A stretch of 32,391 nt of DNA from IMG/VR virus record IMGVR_UViG_3300045988_068295. One strand, given 5' to 3'. Under the pieces are notes generated by a model. That model worked only from the letters and a program-made list of their open reading frames with translations, made no database searches and was not told where the DNA came from. This document shows positions 20,605-30,002 of the stretch, piece by piece. This DNA comes from a virus. The stretch's first letter is position 1, and each line of letters starts with the position of its first letter. Both the position numbers and the translations under genes were made by a program.

Positions 20605-22020
20605 ATGCCGCGGACGCGAAAACAGACAGCCCCGGCAAGGCTGGGGCGTCAGACGCCCACCGCTGCCGTGGTGCTGCCCTACACCAAAACCTTCGGCCAG
20701 GACGCCATCGACCTGTACAACTCCACCGGGCGCATCGCCCAGCAGTGGCAGGAGCTGCTGCTGTATGACATCCTTGCCCGCAACGAGGAGGATCTGTGGG
20801 TGCATACCAAGTTCGGCTATGCCGTGCCCCGCCGCAACGGCAAGAACGAGATCGCCGCCATCCGGGAGCTGTACGGCCTGCAGCAGGGCGAGAGCATCCT
20901 GCACACCGCCCACCGCACCACCACCTCCCGGGCCGCCTGGGAGCGGTTGTGCCACCTGCTGGACAAGGCCAAGATCCCCTATAAATCCATTCAGGCCGTG
21001 GGCCGGGAGCACATCCAGCTGGAAGAGGGCGAGGGCCGCATCGAGTTCCGCACCCGCTCCTCCAAGGGCGGCCTGGGCGAGGGCTTTGACCTGCTGGTCA
21101 TCGACGAGGCCCAGGAGTACACCGACGATCAGGCCAGTGCCCTGAAGTATGTGGTCACTGACAGCGAGAACCCGCAGACCCTGTTCTGCGGCACCCCGCC
21201 CACGCCGGTGTCCTCCGGCACGGTGTTCCTCAAAATGCGCAACGCCGCCCTGCGGGGCGACACGCAGAACACCGGCTGGGCCGAGTGGAGCGTGGAGCAG
21301 CAGACCGACCCCCACGACGTGGAGGCCTGGTATCAGACGAACCCCAGCCTCGGCACCATCTTCACCGAGCGCAGTGTGGCGGATGAGATCGGCGATGACC
21401 CCATCGACTTCAACATCCAGCGTCTGGGGCTGTGGCTTCGGTACAACCTCAAATCGGCCATCAGCCGGGCAGAGTGGGACGAACTGAAAACCGACACCCT
21501 GCCCAAGCTCACCGGCAAGCTGTATGCCGGCATCAAGTTCAGCACCGACGGCACCAGCTGTGCGCTGGCCGTTGCGTGCCGCACCAAAGACAACGCTATC
21601 TTCGTGGAAGCCATCGGCTGCCATCCTACCCGGGACGGCAGCGGGTGGCTTCTTGATTTTCTATCCAAAGCCGACCTAGCCGCCGTGGCGGTGGACGGGG
21701 CCAGCGGGCAGCAGCTTCTGGCCGACGCCATGAAGGCCGCCCACCTCAGGTCCCCCGTGCTGCCCACGGTCAAGCAGGTCATCACCGCCAACGCCGCCTT
21801 CGAGCAGGCCCTTTTTGCGCAAGCCCTGTGCCATGCCGGCCAGCCCGGCCTTGCGCAGGCTGCTTCCAACTGCGAAAAGCGGGCCATCGGCTCCAACGGC
21901 GGCTTCGGTTACCGCTCTCTGACCGAGGGCGGCCACATCGAGCTGCTGGACAGCGTGATCCTGGCCCACTGGCAGTGCGCCGAGGGCAAGGGCAAGCGCC
22001 GGCAGCGCATCCGCTATTAA
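20605..22020 (+). CDS. terL: Terminase large subunit
   Basis: Walker A-like AVPRRNGKN, Walker B DLLVIDEAQEY, and a C-terminal nuclease-size domain. The start at 20605 was chosen because the track start at 20566 overlaps the tRNA. Confidence 0.85.
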   Translation: MPRTRKQTAPARLGRQTPTAAVVLPYTKTFGQDAIDLYNSTGRIAQQWQELLLYDILARNEEDLWVHTKFGYAVPRRNGKNEIAAIRELYGLQQGESILHTAHRTTTSRAAWERLCHLLDKAKIPYKSIQAVGREHIQLEEGEGRIEFRTRSSKGGLGEGFDLLVIDEAQEYTDDQASALKYVVTDSENPQTLFCGTPPTPVSSGTVFLKMRNAALRGDTQNTGWAEWSVEQQTDPHDVEAWYQTNPSLGTIFTERSVADEIGDDPIDFNIQRLGLWLRYNLKSAISRAEWDELKTDTLPKLTGKLYAGIKFSTDGTSCALAVACRTKDNAIFVEAIGCHPTRDGSGWLLDFLSKADLAAVAVDGASGQQLLADAMKAAHLRSPVLPTVKQVITANAAFEQALFAQALCHAGQPGLAQAASNCEKRAIGSNGGFGYRSLTEGGHIELLDSVILAHWQCAEGKGKRRQRIRY

Positions 22021-22044
22021 CAGGCCACCCGGGCCTGTTTTTTT
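22019..22044 (+). terminator. Rho-independent terminator between terL and the scaffold gene
   Basis: AACAGGCC-ACCCG-GGCCTGTT followed by a run of 7 T (stem and T-run overlap). Confidence 0.75.
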
Positions 22045-22067
22045 GTTGCCATAAAGGAGGGTATTCC

Positions 22068-22457
22068 ATGGCAGAAGCATTTGAACCCATTACCACGCAG
22101 GAGGCGTTTGAGGCCGCTGTCGCTGACAGGCTGGCCCCTTACGCCGACTACAACGACCTCAAGGCCCAGAACGAGACCCTCGCCGGGCAGGTGGCGGAGC
22201 TGAACACCCGCTGCCAGACCTACGAGACGGACGCGCTCAAGACCCGCGTTGCCCATGAGGTGGGCCTGCCGTTCGACCTGGCGGGCCGCCTGACCGGCTC
22301 CAAGGAGGAGGACATCCGCAAGGACGCCCAGAACCTGCTGCAGCTGATCAAGCCCAAGACCCCGCCCGCACCCCTGCGCGGCGACCCCGACCCCAGCGGC
22401 AGCGGCAAAAAGGCCGCCTGGCGCAGTTTCGCAAACCAGCTGATGAACAACGAGTAA
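22068..22457 (+). CDS. Capsid scaffolding protein (DUF4355-like)
   Basis: AAGGAGG RBS. Helical acidic protein with VAHEVGLPFDLAGRLTGSKEEDIRKDAQNL, typical of DUF4355 scaffolds. It lies immediately upstream of the capsid gene. Confidence 0.65.
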   Translation: MAEAFEPITTQEAFEAAVADRLAPYADYNDLKAQNETLAGQVAELNTRCQTYETDALKTRVAHEVGLPFDLAGRLTGSKEEDIRKDAQNLLQLIKPKTPPAPLRGDPDPSGSGKKAAWRSFANQLMNNE

Positions 22458-22470
22458 AGGAGAACACATC

Positions 22471-23370
22471 ATGGCAGATATTCTGAGCAAAGGCTCCCTG
22501 TTCCCGGAGGAGCTGATCCCCGGCTTTATCCAGAAAACCACCGGCGCGTCCGCGCTGGCCAAGCTCTGCGGCGCAACGCCCATCGCCTTCAACGGCCAGA
22601 AGGAATTCACCTTCACGCTGGACAAGGAAGTGGACATCGTGGCAGAAAACGGTGCCAAGGGCAAGGGCGGCATGACCGTGGAGCCCATCACCATCGTGCC
22701 CATCAAGATCGAGTATGGTGCACGCGTGTCCGACGAGTTCCTGTACGCTTCCGAGGACGCCCAGATGGACGTTCTGAGCGCCTTTGCGGACGGCTTTGCC
22801 AAGAAGGTGGCCAAGGGTCTGGACCTCATGGCCTTCCACGGCATCAACCCCCGCACCGGCTCTGCGTCCGGCGTCATCGGCACCAACCACTTTGACAGCA
22901 AGGTCACCCAGGCCGTGACCATTGCCGCCTCCGACAAGCCCGACACCAACGTGGAGGCCGCCATCGCCCTGGTGCAGGGCGCGGAGCGGGACGTTACCGG
23001 CATGGTGCTGGCCCCCAGCTTCAAGAGCGCTCTGGCGGCCCAGACCACTACCGACGGTGCCAAGCTGTACCCGCAGCTGGCCTGGGGCGCAAACCCCGGC
23101 GAGGTGAACGGCCTGCGGGTGGAATCCACCTCCAACCTGTCCGCCGGTTCCAGCCTGGACCGTGCGCTGGTGGGCGACTTCACCAACTGCTTCAAGTGGG
23201 GCTACGCCAAGGAGATGCCCATTGAGGTGATCCAGTACGGCAATCCCGACAACGATGCGGATCTGGGTGACCTGAAGGGCCACAACCAGGTATACCTGCG
23301 CGGCGAGGCCTACATCGGCTGGGGCATCCTGGATCCGTCCGCATTCGCCCACATCAAGGCCAACGCCTAA
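22471..23370 (+). CDS. Major capsid protein (HK97 fold, Phage_capsid family)
   Basis: Size, position and sequence pattern (ILSKGSLFPEELIPGFIQKT..., DLMAFHGINPRTG). Confidence 0.85.
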   Translation: MADILSKGSLFPEELIPGFIQKTTGASALAKLCGATPIAFNGQKEFTFTLDKEVDIVAENGAKGKGGMTVEPITIVPIKIEYGARVSDEFLYASEDAQMDVLSAFADGFAKKVAKGLDLMAFHGINPRTGSASGVIGTNHFDSKVTQAVTIAASDKPDTNVEAAIALVQGAERDVTGMVLAPSFKSALAAQTTTDGAKLYPQLAWGANPGEVNGLRVESTSNLSAGSSLDRALVGDFTNCFKWGYAKEMPIEVIQYGNPDNDADLGDLKGHNQVYLRGEAYIGWGILDPSAFAHIKANA

Positions 23371-23382
23371 GGAGAACACGCC

Positions 23383-23523
23383 ATGCTGTACCGCAACAAG
23401 CGCACCGGCGCTGTGATCGAGACGCCCTGCCGCGTTTCCGGCGGGGACTGGGAGCCCGTCAAGGCAGAAAAGGCGGCCAAACCCAAGGCTGCCGCCAAGG
23501 AGAAACCGGAGGCTGCTGAATGA
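23383..23523 (+). CDS. 46-aa hypothetical protein (not in the ORF track)
   Basis: AAGGAGA RBS lies 7 nt upstream of the ATG at 23383. An ATGA overlap couples it to the next gene. Translation: MLYRNKRTGAVIETPCRVSGGDWEPVKAEKAAKPKAAAKEKPEAAE. Confidence 0.4.
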   Translation: MLYRNKRTGAVIETPCRVSGGDWEPVKAEKAAKPKAAAKEKPEAAE

Positions 23524-23912
23524 GCTACGCCACCGTGGAGGACATGACCGCTCTGTGGCGTCCCATGACCGCTGCCGAGCAGGCAAGGGCGTTCTCCTTG
23601 CTGGATGTCATTTCGGCCAGCCTGGACGTGGAGGCCCGCAAGGCAGGCAAAGACCTGCCCGCACTGGTGGCCGCTGACCCGGCGCTGGCCATGGTGGCCA
23701 AGAGCGTGGCCGTGGATGTGGCCGCCCGCACCCTGATGACCAGCACGAACCAGGAGCCTATGACCCAGATCACCCAGGCAGCCGGCGGCTACTCGGCGTC
23801 CGGGTCCTTTCTGGTGCCCGGCGGCGGCCTGTTCATCAAAAAATCGGAGCTGGCCCGGCTGGGCCTGCGCCGTCAGCGGATGGGAGTGATCGAACCCTAT
23901 GGCTCTGATTAA
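23520..23912 (+). CDS. Head-tail connector protein (Gp19/Gp15/Gp42-like)
   Basis: The N-terminus MSYATVEDMTALWRPMTAAEQARAFSLLDVISASL matches the family opening motif. Confidence 0.7.
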   Translation: MSYATVEDMTALWRPMTAAEQARAFSLLDVISASLDVEARKAGKDLPALVAADPALAMVAKSVAVDVAARTLMTSTNQEPMTQITQAAGGYSASGSFLVPGGGLFIKKSELARLGLRRQRMGVIEPYGSD

Positions 23913-24237
23913 GGGCATCCCCGTCATCCTCTATGAGCGCACCCAGACCGGCGAGGATGCTTTTCACGCTCCGGTTTACACCGAAACACCGGTCACGGTG
24001 GAAAATGTGCTCATCACGCCGGTGGACAATGCCGCCGTGGTCACCGACCTGCAGCTTACGGGCCGCCGGGTGGCCTACGAGCTGTGCATCCCGAAAGGCG
24101 ACGCTCACCGCTGGGAGGGCTGCACCGTGGAATTTTTTGGCCAGAAATGGCGAGTGTACGGCGGTGCCTCCCAGTACATCGAGGCGCTTGTGCCTCTGGC
24201 CTGGAACAAGAAAGTGCAGGTGGAACGGATTGAGTAA
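23899..24237 (+). CDS. Head closure / head-tail adaptor protein (putative)
   Basis: Called from size and synteny between the connector and the gp10-like gene. Confidence 0.5.
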   Translation: MALIKGIPVILYERTQTGEDAFHAPVYTETPVTVENVLITPVDNAAVVTDLQLTGRRVAYELCIPKGDAHRWEGCTVEFFGQKWRVYGGASQYIEALVPLAWNKKVQVERIE

Positions 24238-24502
24238 GCTGCGCGTGGAACTGAACAGCGCCGGCGTTCGTGCTCTGATGCGTTCTCCGGAAATGCAGGC
24301 CGTGCTCAAAGCCCGTGCGGACACCGTGAAGAACCGCTGCGGCGACGGGTATGAGGCCTATGTGGCCCAGACCCGTGCAGTCGCTGTGGTGGAGACTGTT
24401 TCTCAGAAGGCCTACAATGATAACTCTGCCAACAACACCCTGCTGAAAGCTGTCTCTTCGAGCCGCAGCGGCACCGTGGTACATGAGCATAAGCGCACCT
24501 GA
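24230..24502 (+). CDS. HK97 gp10-like head-tail joining protein with a probable TTG start
   Basis: No in-frame ATG is present. TTG at 24230 lies 5 nt after AGGTGGA. Sequence LNSAGVRALMRSPEMQAVLKARADTVKNRCGDGYEAY is typical of the family. Confidence 0.55.
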   Translation: MSKLRVELNSAGVRALMRSPEMQAVLKARADTVKNRCGDGYEAYVAQTRAVAVVETVSQKAYNDNSANNTLLKAVSSSRSGTVVHEHKRT

Positions 24503-24545
24503 AAGACGGCAGAGTAATCACCGTGAGGAGCTACCAGCGAAAGAA

Positions 24546-24899
24546 ATGATCGAAGAAATCATCCGCAGCTTTCTGGCCGAGCGGCTGGACGTGCCGGTCC
24601 GGCTGAGCGTGCCAACCCCGGCCCCCGCCCGCTTTGTGGTGGTGGAAAAGACCGGCTCCGGCTATGAGGACGGCATCTATAGCGCCACCATCGCGGTGCA
24701 GTCCTACGGGCCCGCCGCCACCAGCCACGACGGCACCCTGGACGCGGCAAGGCTCAACGAGCTTGTCAAGGCCGCCATGCAGGACGCCGACAGCCTGCCG
24801 CAGCTTGTGCGCTGCGACCTTTATTCCGACTACAATTTCCCCGACACCACCCGAAAACGACCCCGCTATCAGGCCGTTTTCGGCGTGGTGCATTACTGA
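24546..24899 (+). CDS. Tail completion / tail terminator-like protein (DUF3168-like)
   Basis: The opening MIEEIIRSFLAERLDVPV resembles DUF3168 N-termini. An alternative upstream start at 24483 cannot be excluded. Confidence 0.5.
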   Translation: MIEEIIRSFLAERLDVPVRLSVPTPAPARFVVVEKTGSGYEDGIYSATIAVQSYGPAATSHDGTLDAARLNELVKAAMQDADSLPQLVRCDLYSDYNFPDTTRKRPRYQAVFGVVHY

Positions 24900-24917
24900 T
24901 TGAAAGGAGCTTTTTTT

Positions 24918-25472
24918 ATGGCAGATGCAAAGAATGTGACCGCTGCAAAGCCCAAGGTGGGCGGTGCCGTCTGGCGTGCCCCGCTGGGCACCACTTTGCC
25001 TACCGACGCCAAGACCGCGCTGGACAAGGCATTCAAGAGCCTGGGCTATATCTCCAGCGACGGTCTGACCAACGCAAACTCCCCCTCCAGCGAGAACACC
25101 ACCGCCTGGGGCGGTGACACCGTGCTGACCCAGCAGACCGAGAAGCCGGACACCTTCGCTTTCACCCTGCTGGAATCCCTGAACCCTGACGTGCTGAAGG
25201 CCGTGTACGGTGACGACAACGTCACCGGCGACCTGACCACCGGCATCACGGTCAAGGCCAACTCCAAAGAACAGAAGGACTGCTGCTGGGTGGTGGAGAT
25301 GATCATGAAGGACGATGTGAACAAGCGCATCGTCATCCCGGACGCCGCCGTCACCTCGGTGGGCGACATCACCTATTCCAACGGCGCGGTGGGTTACAAC
25401 ACCACCCTGACCGCCGTGCCGGACACGACCGGCAACACCCACTACGAGTACATCACCGCCAAGGGCGTGTAA
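24918..25472 (+). CDS. Major tail (tube) protein
   Basis: [48 protein letters not shown] is typical of TP901-1/phi13-type major tail proteins. Confidence 0.8.
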   Translation: MADAKNVTAAKPKVGGAVWRAPLGTTLPTDAKTALDKAFKSLGYISSDGLTNANSPSSENTTAWGGDTVLTQQTEKPDTFAFTLLESLNPDVLKAVYGDDNVTGDLTTGITVKANSKEQKDCCWVVEMIMKDDVNKRIVIPDAAVTSVGDITYSNGAVGYNTTLTAVPDTTGNTHYEYITAKGV

Positions 25473-25486
25473 GGAGGACAAAACGC

Positions 25487-25768
25487 ATGATCACTGCAAA
25501 AACCAACGACGGCTTTGAGATCGAGCTGAGCGAGGACGCACTGGACGACGCCGAGCTGCTGGACGCCTTGGGCGGCATGCAGGACGGCAACGTCTTTGAT
25601 ATGAGCCACCTGACCCTGCGCCTGCTGGGCAAGGAGGGCCGGAAGAAGCTGTATGACCACCTGCGCACCCCGGATGGCCGTGTGCCGGTGGCTAAGGTGG
25701 CGGACGCTCTGGGCGAGCTGATGAACAGCTTCACGGCCGGAAAAAACTCTGCATCCTCGCCGAACTGA
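25487..25768 (+). CDS. Tail assembly chaperone G (zero-frame product)
   Basis: Acidic 93-aa protein located between the tube and tape-measure genes. It contains a slippery site near its 3' end. Confidence 0.7.
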   Translation: MITAKTNDGFEIELSEDALDDAELLDALGGMQDGNVFDMSHLTLRLLGKEGRKKLYDHLRTPDGRVPVAKVADALGELMNSFTAGKNSASSPN

Positions 25769-26112
25769 TCGCATCGGACGAGGACGCCCTGATCTGCGAT
25801 TTTGCCCAGTATTACCATGTACTGGACTGGCGCGCCCTGCCGCTGCGTCTGGCCGCCACCCTGGCCGCAGGCCTGCCGGAAACAAGCCGCAGCCTGCGCA
25901 AGGCGGCAGGCCGCACGGTGGACTTTGAGACGGAACTGCTGGCCTATGCCGCCGACCGCCTGACCCAGGTGCTCTGGTGGCTGCACAACGACACGTCCAA
26001 GCCGCCCTCCGTGCTGGCCGACCTGTGCGGCGAGGCGGACACCAGCAACGTGCAGTGCTACGCCAGCGCAGAAGAATTTGATGCCGCCCTTGCGGCGCTG
26101 AAAGGAGGTTGA
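25487..26112 (+). CDS. Tail assembly chaperone GT (-1 frameshift fusion product)
   Basis: The -1 frame is free of stops from 25747 to 26112 and ends 4 nt before the tape-measure start. The track ORF 25918..26112 is in this frame. Confidence 0.6.
25741..25747 (+). promoter_or_regulatory. -1 programmed ribosomal frameshift slippery heptamer A_AAA_AAC
   Basis: The zero frame reads GGA AAA AAC. The -1 frame stays open from here to the TGA at 26110..26112. Confidence 0.65.
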
Positions 26113-26116
26113 CGCC

Positions 26117-29100
26117 ATGGCGGACGGAATCGAACTGGGCAAGGCATATGTCCAGATTGTTCCCTCGGCGCAGGGCATCAAAAGCGCCCTGACTGAGATG
26201 TTTGACGAGGAGACCGACGGCCTTGGCGAGCAGACCGGACAAAGCATCGGCCAGAAACTGGTCGGCACCCTGAAGAACGTCATCGTGGCGGCCGGCATCG
26301 GCAAGATCATCTCGGATTCCATCAACATGGGCGGTGCCTTGCAGCAAAGCCTTGGCGGCGTGGAAACGCTGTTCAAGGACAGTGCCGACACGGTCAAGGA
26401 GTACGCCGCGCAGGCATACCGGACCGTGGGCCTTTCCGCCAACGACTACATGGAGCAGACCACCAGCTTTGCGGCCAGCCTGCTGTCCAGCGTCAGCCAG
26501 GACACCGATGCTGCCGCCCAGCTGGCCAACATGGCCATGGTGGATATGGCCGACAACGCCAACAAGATGGGCACGGATATGCAGGATATCCAGAACGCCT
26601 ATCAGGGCTTTGCCAAGCAGAATTACACCATGCTGGACAACCTCAAGCTCGGCTACGGCGGCACACAGGCCGAGATGCAGAGGCTGTTGAATGACGCCAC
26701 CAAGATCTCCGGCGTGAAGTACGACCTGGGCAATCTGGCCGACATGTACAGCGCCATCCATATCATCCAGCAGGAAATGGACATCACCGGCACCACCGCC
26801 AAGGAAGCAGCCACCACCCTGACCGGCAGCTTTGCCGCCATGAAGGCGGCTGCGGAAAACGTGATGGGCAACTGGTCCACCGGTGCCGATCTGACGGAGC
26901 CGCTGCAGGCGCTGGCCGACACGGCACAGACCTTCCTTGTGGACAACCTGCTGCCCATGATCGGCAATGTACTGGCAGGCATTCCGGAAATCGTTTACAG
27001 CCTTGTGCCGGAGCTCCTGCAGACCGGCACCGAGCTGCTCAGCTCCCTGGCACAGGGCTTCACCGAGGGCATCCCGGAGTTCTTCTCCACCGCTCTGCCG
27101 CAGCTGCTGGCATTTACAGACCAGCTGCGGGACAACGCGGCCAGCTTTGTGGACGCCGGTCTGAACCTCATCACCCAGCTGCTCAACGGTCTGATCGCCG
27201 GTCTGCCGGATCTGATCGCCTATGTGCCGGATATCATCATCAACATCTGCGGCATCATCAACGACAACATGCCCAAGATCCTCGCTGAAGGTGTTTCCAT
27301 CATCGTGCAGCTGATCGCCGGTCTTGTACAGACCGTGCCCAGTCTGCTGGCCAACTGGAAAAAGATCCTGGAGGCGGTGCTGTCGGTCATCTCGGCCATC
27401 AACTGGCTGAACATCGGCAAGACCATCCTCACCGGTGTGGCCAATGGCGTGAAGAGCATGGGCTCCAGCCTGCTGAACGCCTTCAAGGGCGGCTTTTCCA
27501 GTGCGCTTGCCTGGATCAAGAGCCTGCCCTCGCAGGCGGTGCAGTGGGGCAAGAACCTTATCCAGAGCTTTATCAACGGCCTCACCGGCAAAGGCGGTGC
27601 GGTTGGTGCAGGAGCCATCGCAGCCACCGCCGGTGCCACCATTGCTAAAACCGCCAGCGGGAACGACTGGTCCTCCGTCTGGGCGGACGCCAACGCCGAC
27701 GTGGCCGACAGCGCCCAGTCCATGGCGGAGGTGGTCGTCCCGGCCTATACCAAGTCCGGGGACGCCGCCACCAAGGCGGCCAAAAAGACCAAGGCCGCCG
27801 CACAGGCCGCCGAGACCCTGCTGTGGTCCCTGCAGGACGCAGGCCACACCGACACCACCAACGCCCTGGGCAGGGTGACCATCCAGACCACCGAGCTCAC
27901 CGAGCACCTGCGCAAGGGCAGCGAGGAGTATGACCGGCTGACCCGCACCGTGACCGAATCCGGCAAGGAGATGGTGAACGGCGTGGTGAAAAACTACAAG
28001 ACTGTCACCAAGTATGTGACCGAAAACGGCAAGACCACCGCCCAGACCCAGAAGGTCTATGAGGAAATTGCCGCCACTGTAGCCAAGACCGTTACGTCTA
28101 CAACAGATTCCGTGGTCAACGGCATTGCCACCAGCACCAAGACCATCACCGAGACCCTGACCGACAAAACCACGACCCAGAAACAGGTCATCACCGAGAC
28201 CTACAACGACATCGTGGACGGGGCGCTGGTCACGGTGGAGCGGGTCAAGACCATTGCCGCCGACGGTGTCCCGCAGATCACCGAGGAAATCAAGAAGGCC
28301 TCTGCCAATCGCTTTGACGGCCTTGTCAAGGGCTGGCAGGACGAGGCCGACAAGGGCGTGGTGGGCACCTTCAGCACGCTGGTGAACGCAGTGAAAAAAC
28401 AGGACTGGCAGTCTGTCGGCGAGTGGGTGCTGTCCACCCTGTACAACGGCCTTGCCCCGCAGGCAAAGCAGCTCATTGACGACTTCGGCAAGAACCTGAT
28501 CCAGCAGGTCAACGGCTTGCTGGGCAAAGGCGTCAGTGCCGTCTCCAACGGCCTGTGGGATATGGGCGGCGACCTCGCCAAGGGCCTGACCAGCGGCTTT
28601 GCGGACGTGCTCACGCAGGCGCAGGGCCTTGGCACCACCCTCACCGGCATCTTTCATGGGCTGAAAGGCCCGCTCACTGCGGCTGCCGCTGCCATCAGCA
28701 CCGGCCTGAAGGGCGGGCTGATCTCCAGCTTCCCGGAAATTCTGGCCTCCATGGGCACCCTGATCGGCTCCATCGGCAGCGCCTTTGTGGGCATGCTGGA
28801 AGCCGTCGCGGCGGCATTGTTCCCCACCGGATTCGGTGCCCCGCAGGCCCTGCTCATGATCGCGGCCGGTGTGGCCCTGACCGCCGCCATTGCGGCCATC
28901 GTGGCCGGCGTCGGCGGCGCGTTCAAGCGCAAGACCACCCCCGGCATCTCCGGCGGCACTTCCGGCAGCAGCACGACCTCCACGGCCTCCGGCTCCCTGT
29001 GGGATTACGAGAAGCGTGCTCCGCTGCCGCAGCGCACCCAGCGGCCCAACATCGAGGTCAACCAGTACATTTACAGCAAAGCGCAGACGGCTGCCGACCT

Positions 29101-29152
29101 GATGCGCGAGGCACAGTACGAGCAGGAAAGGGCGGTGCTGCAGGGTGTTTGA
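26117..29152 (+). CDS. Tail tape measure protein (1011 aa)
   Basis: Length, position after G/GT, Gly/Ala-rich hydrophobic segments and a helical repeat character. Confidence 0.9.
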   Translation: MADGIELGKAYVQIVPSAQGIKSALTEMFDEETDGLGEQTGQSIGQKLVGTLKNVIVAAGIGKIISDSINMGGALQQSLGGVETLFKDSADTVKEYAAQAYRTVGLSANDYMEQTTSFAASLLSSVSQDTDAAAQLANMAMVDMADNANKMGTDMQDIQNAYQGFAKQNYTMLDNLKLGYGGTQAEMQRLLNDATKISGVKYDLGNLADMYSAIHIIQQEMDITGTTAKEAATTLTGSFAAMKAAAENVMGNWSTGADLTEPLQALADTAQTFLVDNLLPMIGNVLAGIPEIVYSLVPELLQTGTELLSSLAQGFTEGIPEFFSTALPQLLAFTDQLRDNAASFVDAGLNLITQLLNGLIAGLPDLIAYVPDIIINICGIINDNMPKILAEGVSIIVQLIAGLVQTVPSLLANWKKILEAVLSVISAINWLNIGKTILTGVANGVKSMGSSLLNAFKGGFSSALAWIKSLPSQAVQWGKNLIQSFINGLTGKGGAVGAGAIAATAGATIAKTASGNDWSSVWADANADVADSAQSMAEVVVPAYTKSGDAATKAAKKTKAAAQAAETLLWSLQDAGHTDTTNALGRVTIQTTELTEHLRKGSEEYDRLTRTVTESGKEMVNGVVKNYKTVTKYVTENGKTTAQTQKVYEEIAATVAKTVTSTTDSVVNGIATSTKTITETLTDKTTTQKQVITETYNDIVDGALVTVERVKTIAADGVPQITEEIKKASANRFDGLVKGWQDEADKGVVGTFSTLVNAVKKQDWQSVGEWVLSTLYNGLAPQAKQLIDDFGKNLIQQVNGLLGKGVSAVSNGLWDMGGDLAKGLTSGFADVLTQAQGLGTTLTGIFHGLKGPLTAAAAAISTGLKGGLISSFPEILASMGTLIGSIGSAFVGMLEAVAAALFPTGFGAPQALLMIAAGVALTAAIAAIVAGVGGAFKRKTTPGISGGTSGSSTTSTASGSLWDYEKRAPLPQRTQRPNIEVNQYIYSKAQTAADLMREAQYEQERAVLQGV

Positions 29153-30002
29153 CGCGATCTTCAAGGCCAGCAACGGCCTGACCTTTTCCTTTGGCTACAA
29201 AGCGGGCGTGCTGTGGAGCATCACCCCGCTGGGTGGCCTGCCCGTGGATCTGGAGACCAGTCAGGGCTACCAGCAAGTGGGTGCCACCGTGGAGAGCCGG
29301 AGCATTTCCGGCGTGACCCGCACGGTCACCGGGCGCATCTTGCGCAATCAGGACTACTGCAAGCGCCAGCTGCGGGATGTGTTCGCGCCCTACGTCACCG
29401 GTCGGCTGACCGTGGCCGGGGCCTACTGGTGCGACGCTGAGGTGCAGCGCACCCCGGACATCAGCGTGTCCGGCCGGTGGCCCACCTTCTCGTTTCAGCT
29501 CTACTGCCCGGACCCCTACTGGCACAGCGTGAAGGAGCTCACCGTCTCGACCTTGAGCGTAACACCCACCTTCCGCCTGCCGGTGTGTTACGATGTGCAC
29601 AGCTACGGCGTGCGGGAGCAGGCCAACTATTTGCGCATCGCCAACACCGGGCTGGCCACCCAGGACTGGCAGCTGACATTGGAAGCCCGCGGCCCGGTGG
29701 TCAACCCCGGCGTCAAGGACCCGGAGACCGGCGAATTCCTGCGCTTTGTCACCACCCTGCAGGACGGCGACAAGCTCCGGCTGTACCGCGAGAGCGGCCA
29801 GCTGAAACTGGAACAGATCATCGACGGCACCGGCTACAACATCATGTCCACGCTGGACGGGAGCAGCACCCTGTGGACTTTGCGCCACGGGACGCAGGCA
29901 TGGCAGCGCACAGCGGATTCCGGCACGGAATGGCTGTTCCTGACCCTGACCTGCAGCACAGCGTTCTCCACCGTGGTCCTGGAGGTGGGCGGCAATGGCT
30001 GA
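29145..30002 (+). CDS. Distal tail protein (Dit, Sipho_tail-like), GTG start
   Basis: Called from synteny after the tape measure gene, size, and the N-terminus FDAIFKASNGLTFSFGY. The start codon choice is uncertain. Confidence 0.65.
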   Translation: MFDAIFKASNGLTFSFGYKAGVLWSITPLGGLPVDLETSQGYQQVGATVESRSISGVTRTVTGRILRNQDYCKRQLRDVFAPYVTGRLTVAGAYWCDAEVQRTPDISVSGRWPTFSFQLYCPDPYWHSVKELTVSTLSVTPTFRLPVCYDVHSYGVREQANYLRIANTGLATQDWQLTLEARGPVVNPGVKDPETGEFLRFVTTLQDGDKLRLYRESGQLKLEQIIDGTGYNIMSTLDGSSTLWTLRHGTQAWQRTADSGTEWLFLTLTCSTAFSTVVLEVGGNG

